A stretch of DNA of 64,000 bases from Alphaproteobacteria bacterium (GTDB taxonomy: Bacteria; Pseudomonadota; Alphaproteobacteria; UBA828). Each line of letters starts with the position of its first letter. The stretch's first letter is position 1. The position numbers and the translations under genes are program-made. Under the pieces are notes generated by a model. It searched no databases, was not told the origin of the DNA, and saw only the letters and a program-made list of their open reading frames with translations. Below are positions 61,566 through 64,000 of this stretch, piece after piece. The stretch lies in contig CAXXVO010000015.1 of assembly GCA_963422645.2 (NCBI GenBank), forward strand, positions 163,363-227,362, read 5' to 3'.

Positions 61566-63314
61566 TCAAGGTGGGAAAATCTCATCCCAAGTGGTGTTCC
61601 TCGGATCCGCCAGAATGCAAGCAAAGTGACGTGCCCGCGTTAGCGAGACTTGAAGTAGTCGCCGTGTTTCCATAAATGGCGGGTCGTTCTCTTTCCCACG
61701 AAAGGTCCGATGCCGGTCTTCGACCAGCAGGACTGCATCATATTCTCGCCCCTTGAGCTGGTGCATCGTCATGACGCTGATGCTGAAGGTCTCCCGGTGA
61801 TTGTCCATAAGCTGATCTTGAACGATCGCGTCATCCAGCGCGGCTTCGGCACCCTCATAGTCACCCTGTGCCTTCCAAAGTTCGCCGAGCCGCTCTTCGA
61901 TAGCCGAGCCACGGCGCAACAGACGCAGGTATCGGGCATGATTGCCCGCACGCTTGATCTCGTCGGCGTCGGTGGCTTCAAGAGCTCGGCGAACGGTAAG
62001 CCAATCTTCTGTGGGAGAACCCACAAAACCGGCTGCATTCGCCTCCCCGATCGCGGAGGTCAGGGCCCTCACACACTTTGTGTCTGGCACCTTGCCATCG
62101 CGACATTTTTCGGCCCAGCGCAATAGCCGGTCAGACGTTCGGAGCCCGGTCTCCGTTCCTCCTGAACGGTACACCGCACCGACTCTTTTCAAGGCGCCGG
62201 CAAGCCTTTCCTGGTGTGGGTCAGCTTGCGATGCCATGACAAATGCAATGACCCTTGCCGCGAGGGTGATCTGCATCTGGTCAAACATGACATCGTGCGG
62301 AATCGGCGTGTGTTCTCGTCCGTTCACAGTCAACCTTTGCGCCAATGCATCTGAAATCAGACGAACCATCGTGCGGCTGCGAGCGGCCACGACCACCGAC
62401 AAGTTTCGGCGGCCCGTCCGTTTGACTGTTTCCTGCCAGGTCCTAATCAGCGCGAAACGTATTCCAACTGCGAACATCCCCGGGTGAAAGTGCCGGAGTT
62501 CGATGTCAGCTGGAAGGTCCAGCTTCACTTCCGGCGATAGGAGACCGCGTGCGTAACCTGCAATTCCGGTGGCCGGACTTCGATTGTTCTCGTTCTGGAA
62601 ATCGAAAACCGTCGCGTCCAGGGTCTCAGCGAAGTCCGGAAGCCGCGTTGCGCTCACGCCCCTGCGCCACGCATAGATTCGCTGCTCCGTATCACCGAGA
62701 GCGATAACCTCCGACTCCTGCGAAAGCGTCCTGATCAGGCGCCACTGATCCTCGTCCGTGTCCTGGAACTCGTCCACGAGGATCAGGGGGTGCGCGTGGC
62801 CGAACCGTTCACGAATGACAGCGGAACGCTCGAGAAGATCGGCCGCGCGGGGTGAAAACTGATCGTACGTCAGGCGGCCATCTGCAACGAATAGGCGCAC
62901 CTCCTCCGCGTCCCACTCTTCGTCCCCCAAACCAGCTCGAATGACCGCGGCGTCTTGCGCCGCGACGATCGTCAGTTGCCGTTGCGACGACAGCAAGTAG
63001 CCATGAGACCTAAGTATGTCCCAGGCGAAGGAATGGTAGGTCTTGATTTCGATGCTGCGCCCGATCTCCGTGGTCAGGACACTTCCCGCACTCTCCAGGA
63101 TCCGCCTGATCGCGGAATTGGAGAAGCTGAGAAAGAGCGCCGATTGTTCAGGCTGAAGGCTCTCGAGAACGGCTCGGCGGGCCTTCAGGAGCGCGATGGT
63201 GGTCTTCCCTGACCCGGGACCACCAAGGACCAGCATGTGACCGGTGCCTTCGAGAATGGCGCGCCGTTGATCGCAGATTTCGAACTGGTCCTCCGGATTG
63301 GCCACAATCAGCAC
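61566..63314 (-). CDS. UvrD/Rep-family helicase (GajB-like)
   Basis: GGPGSGKTT, TYHSF, VDEFQD, GDTEQRIY, TMHQLKGREY, LTRAR. Confidence 0.85.
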   Translation of the reverse strand: MLIVANPEDQFEICDQRRAILEGTGHMLVLGGPGSGKTTIALLKARRAVLESLQPEQSALFLSFSNSAIRRILESAGSVLTTEIGRSIEIKTYHSFAWDILRSHGYLLSSQRQLTIVAAQDAAVIRAGLGDEEWDAEEVRLFVADGRLTYDQFSPRAADLLERSAVIRERFGHAHPLILVDEFQDTDEDQWRLIRTLSQESEVIALGDTEQRIYAWRRGVSATRLPDFAETLDATVFDFQNENNRSPATGIAGYARGLLSPEVKLDLPADIELRHFHPGMFAVGIRFALIRTWQETVKRTGRRNLSVVVAARSRTMVRLISDALAQRLTVNGREHTPIPHDVMFDQMQITLAARVIAFVMASQADPHQERLAGALKRVGAVYRSGGTETGLRTSDRLLRWAEKCRDGKVPDTKCVRALTSAIGEANAAGFVGSPTEDWLTVRRALEATDADEIKRAGNHARYLRLLRRGSAIEERLGELWKAQGDYEGAEAALDDAIVQDQLMDNHRETFSISVMTMHQLKGREYDAVLLVEDRHRTFRGKENDPPFMETRRLLQVSLTRARHFACILADPRNTTWDEIFPP

Positions 63315-64000
63315 TCACGAGCAGCTGCTTCGGCTTCGGCGTCATCGCCGTCGTCTTCATCCTCGGTCCTCAGATCGTTCGGCAAGTCCTCGCTGACATG
63401 TTCCAACGCCTCTACAATGATGTCAGGCAAATCGTTATCTGAACAAAGCTCTGCCAATCTTTGGGCATAGCCTGCACCCTTCCGGCTTTTCAGCACTTTC
63501 TTGCAAACTTCACGAACGTCGTCATCTGCGGCATCCGGATCGAATGTGAACAGGCTCGGATTCTTCGCATTGCGCGGATAGTCATCCCACTCCGAGGCGT
63601 TCGCCAGAAATTCGCGGATTACATTGATCGAAATTTCATCCGCTAGCAGGTATTCCATTCCGGTCTGTTCGATTTCCCACGCTGCATCGAAGGTGTATTC
63701 GATCTCATTCCTGATATCTTTATTCTTCTGCCGATCATAGAAGGCGTAGGTCTTCAAACCGATTCCAGAAAAGAATTGGCCGTAGCGCAGCAAGCTGCCG
63801 TCGCCCTCACACTGCACCACCGTGACGCCCGATAGGTCGAGGGGTGTGTACGCACCTTCCCGACTGTTTTTCTCAAGAACGGCCGATGCGGTGTAGATCA
63901 CTTCTCCGTCCGAGACCCCTTCGACGCAGAGCACGCCGTTACCGAGCATGGCTTCGGCGAGCACTCGACGAAGATTGCCCCTGTAGGCCTTGGCCTTGAT
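63308..64000 (-). CDS. OLD-family ATP-dependent nuclease, C-terminal TOPRIM part (GajA-like); 5' end outside window
   Basis: LAEAMLGNGVLCVEGVSD TOPRIM motif, AFYD; overlaps helicase start. Confidence 0.72.
   Translation of the reverse strand: MKAKAYRGNLRRVLAEAMLGNGVLCVEGVSDGEVIYTASAVLEKNSREGAYTPLDLSGVTVVQCEGDGSLLRYGQFFSGIGLKTYAFYDRQKNKDIRNEIEYTFDAAWEIEQTGMEYLLADEISINVIREFLANASEWDDYPRNAKNPSLFTFDPDAADDDVREVCKKVLKSRKGAGYAQRLAELCSDNDLPDIIVEALEHVSEDLPNDLRTEDEDDGDDAEAEAAAREC

Overview
High-GC, IS-riddled window with three nested mobile layers. (1) 1-7713: head/tail module of a Mu/B3-like transposable prophage (DNA adenine methylase, protease, capsid, neck, tail tube, chaperone), cut inside the tape-measure gene by an IS21. 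(2) A conjugative/mobilizable backbone: a traD-like coupling-protein gene, a MobF (TrwC-like) relaxase, and an OLD-nuclease + UvrD (Gabija-like) pair at the right edge. (3) A ~45.2 kb integrative element (10993-56188) sitting inside that traD gene, bounded by a 10-bp direct repeat ACACCATGGC. It has two tandem tyrosine integrases at its left end, its own 1601-aa MobF relaxase and three small RHH/MobC-like genes at its right end. Its cargo is a Cas6-less type III-B (Cmr1-6 + CARF-HEPN) module facing a complete type I-G CRISPR-Cas system across one shared array, plus a solitary type I-E-like repeat. About a dozen ISs or IS remnants (IS21 x2, IS4, IS110 x2, IS5, IS630, IS1380, IS66 x2, IS1595, one unclassified DDE element) interrupt the second integrase, the CARF effector, the array and each other. 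One IS1111-type element shows bridge/seekRNA guide segments that match its own insertion site. All calls come from motif recognition by eye; no database searches were run.
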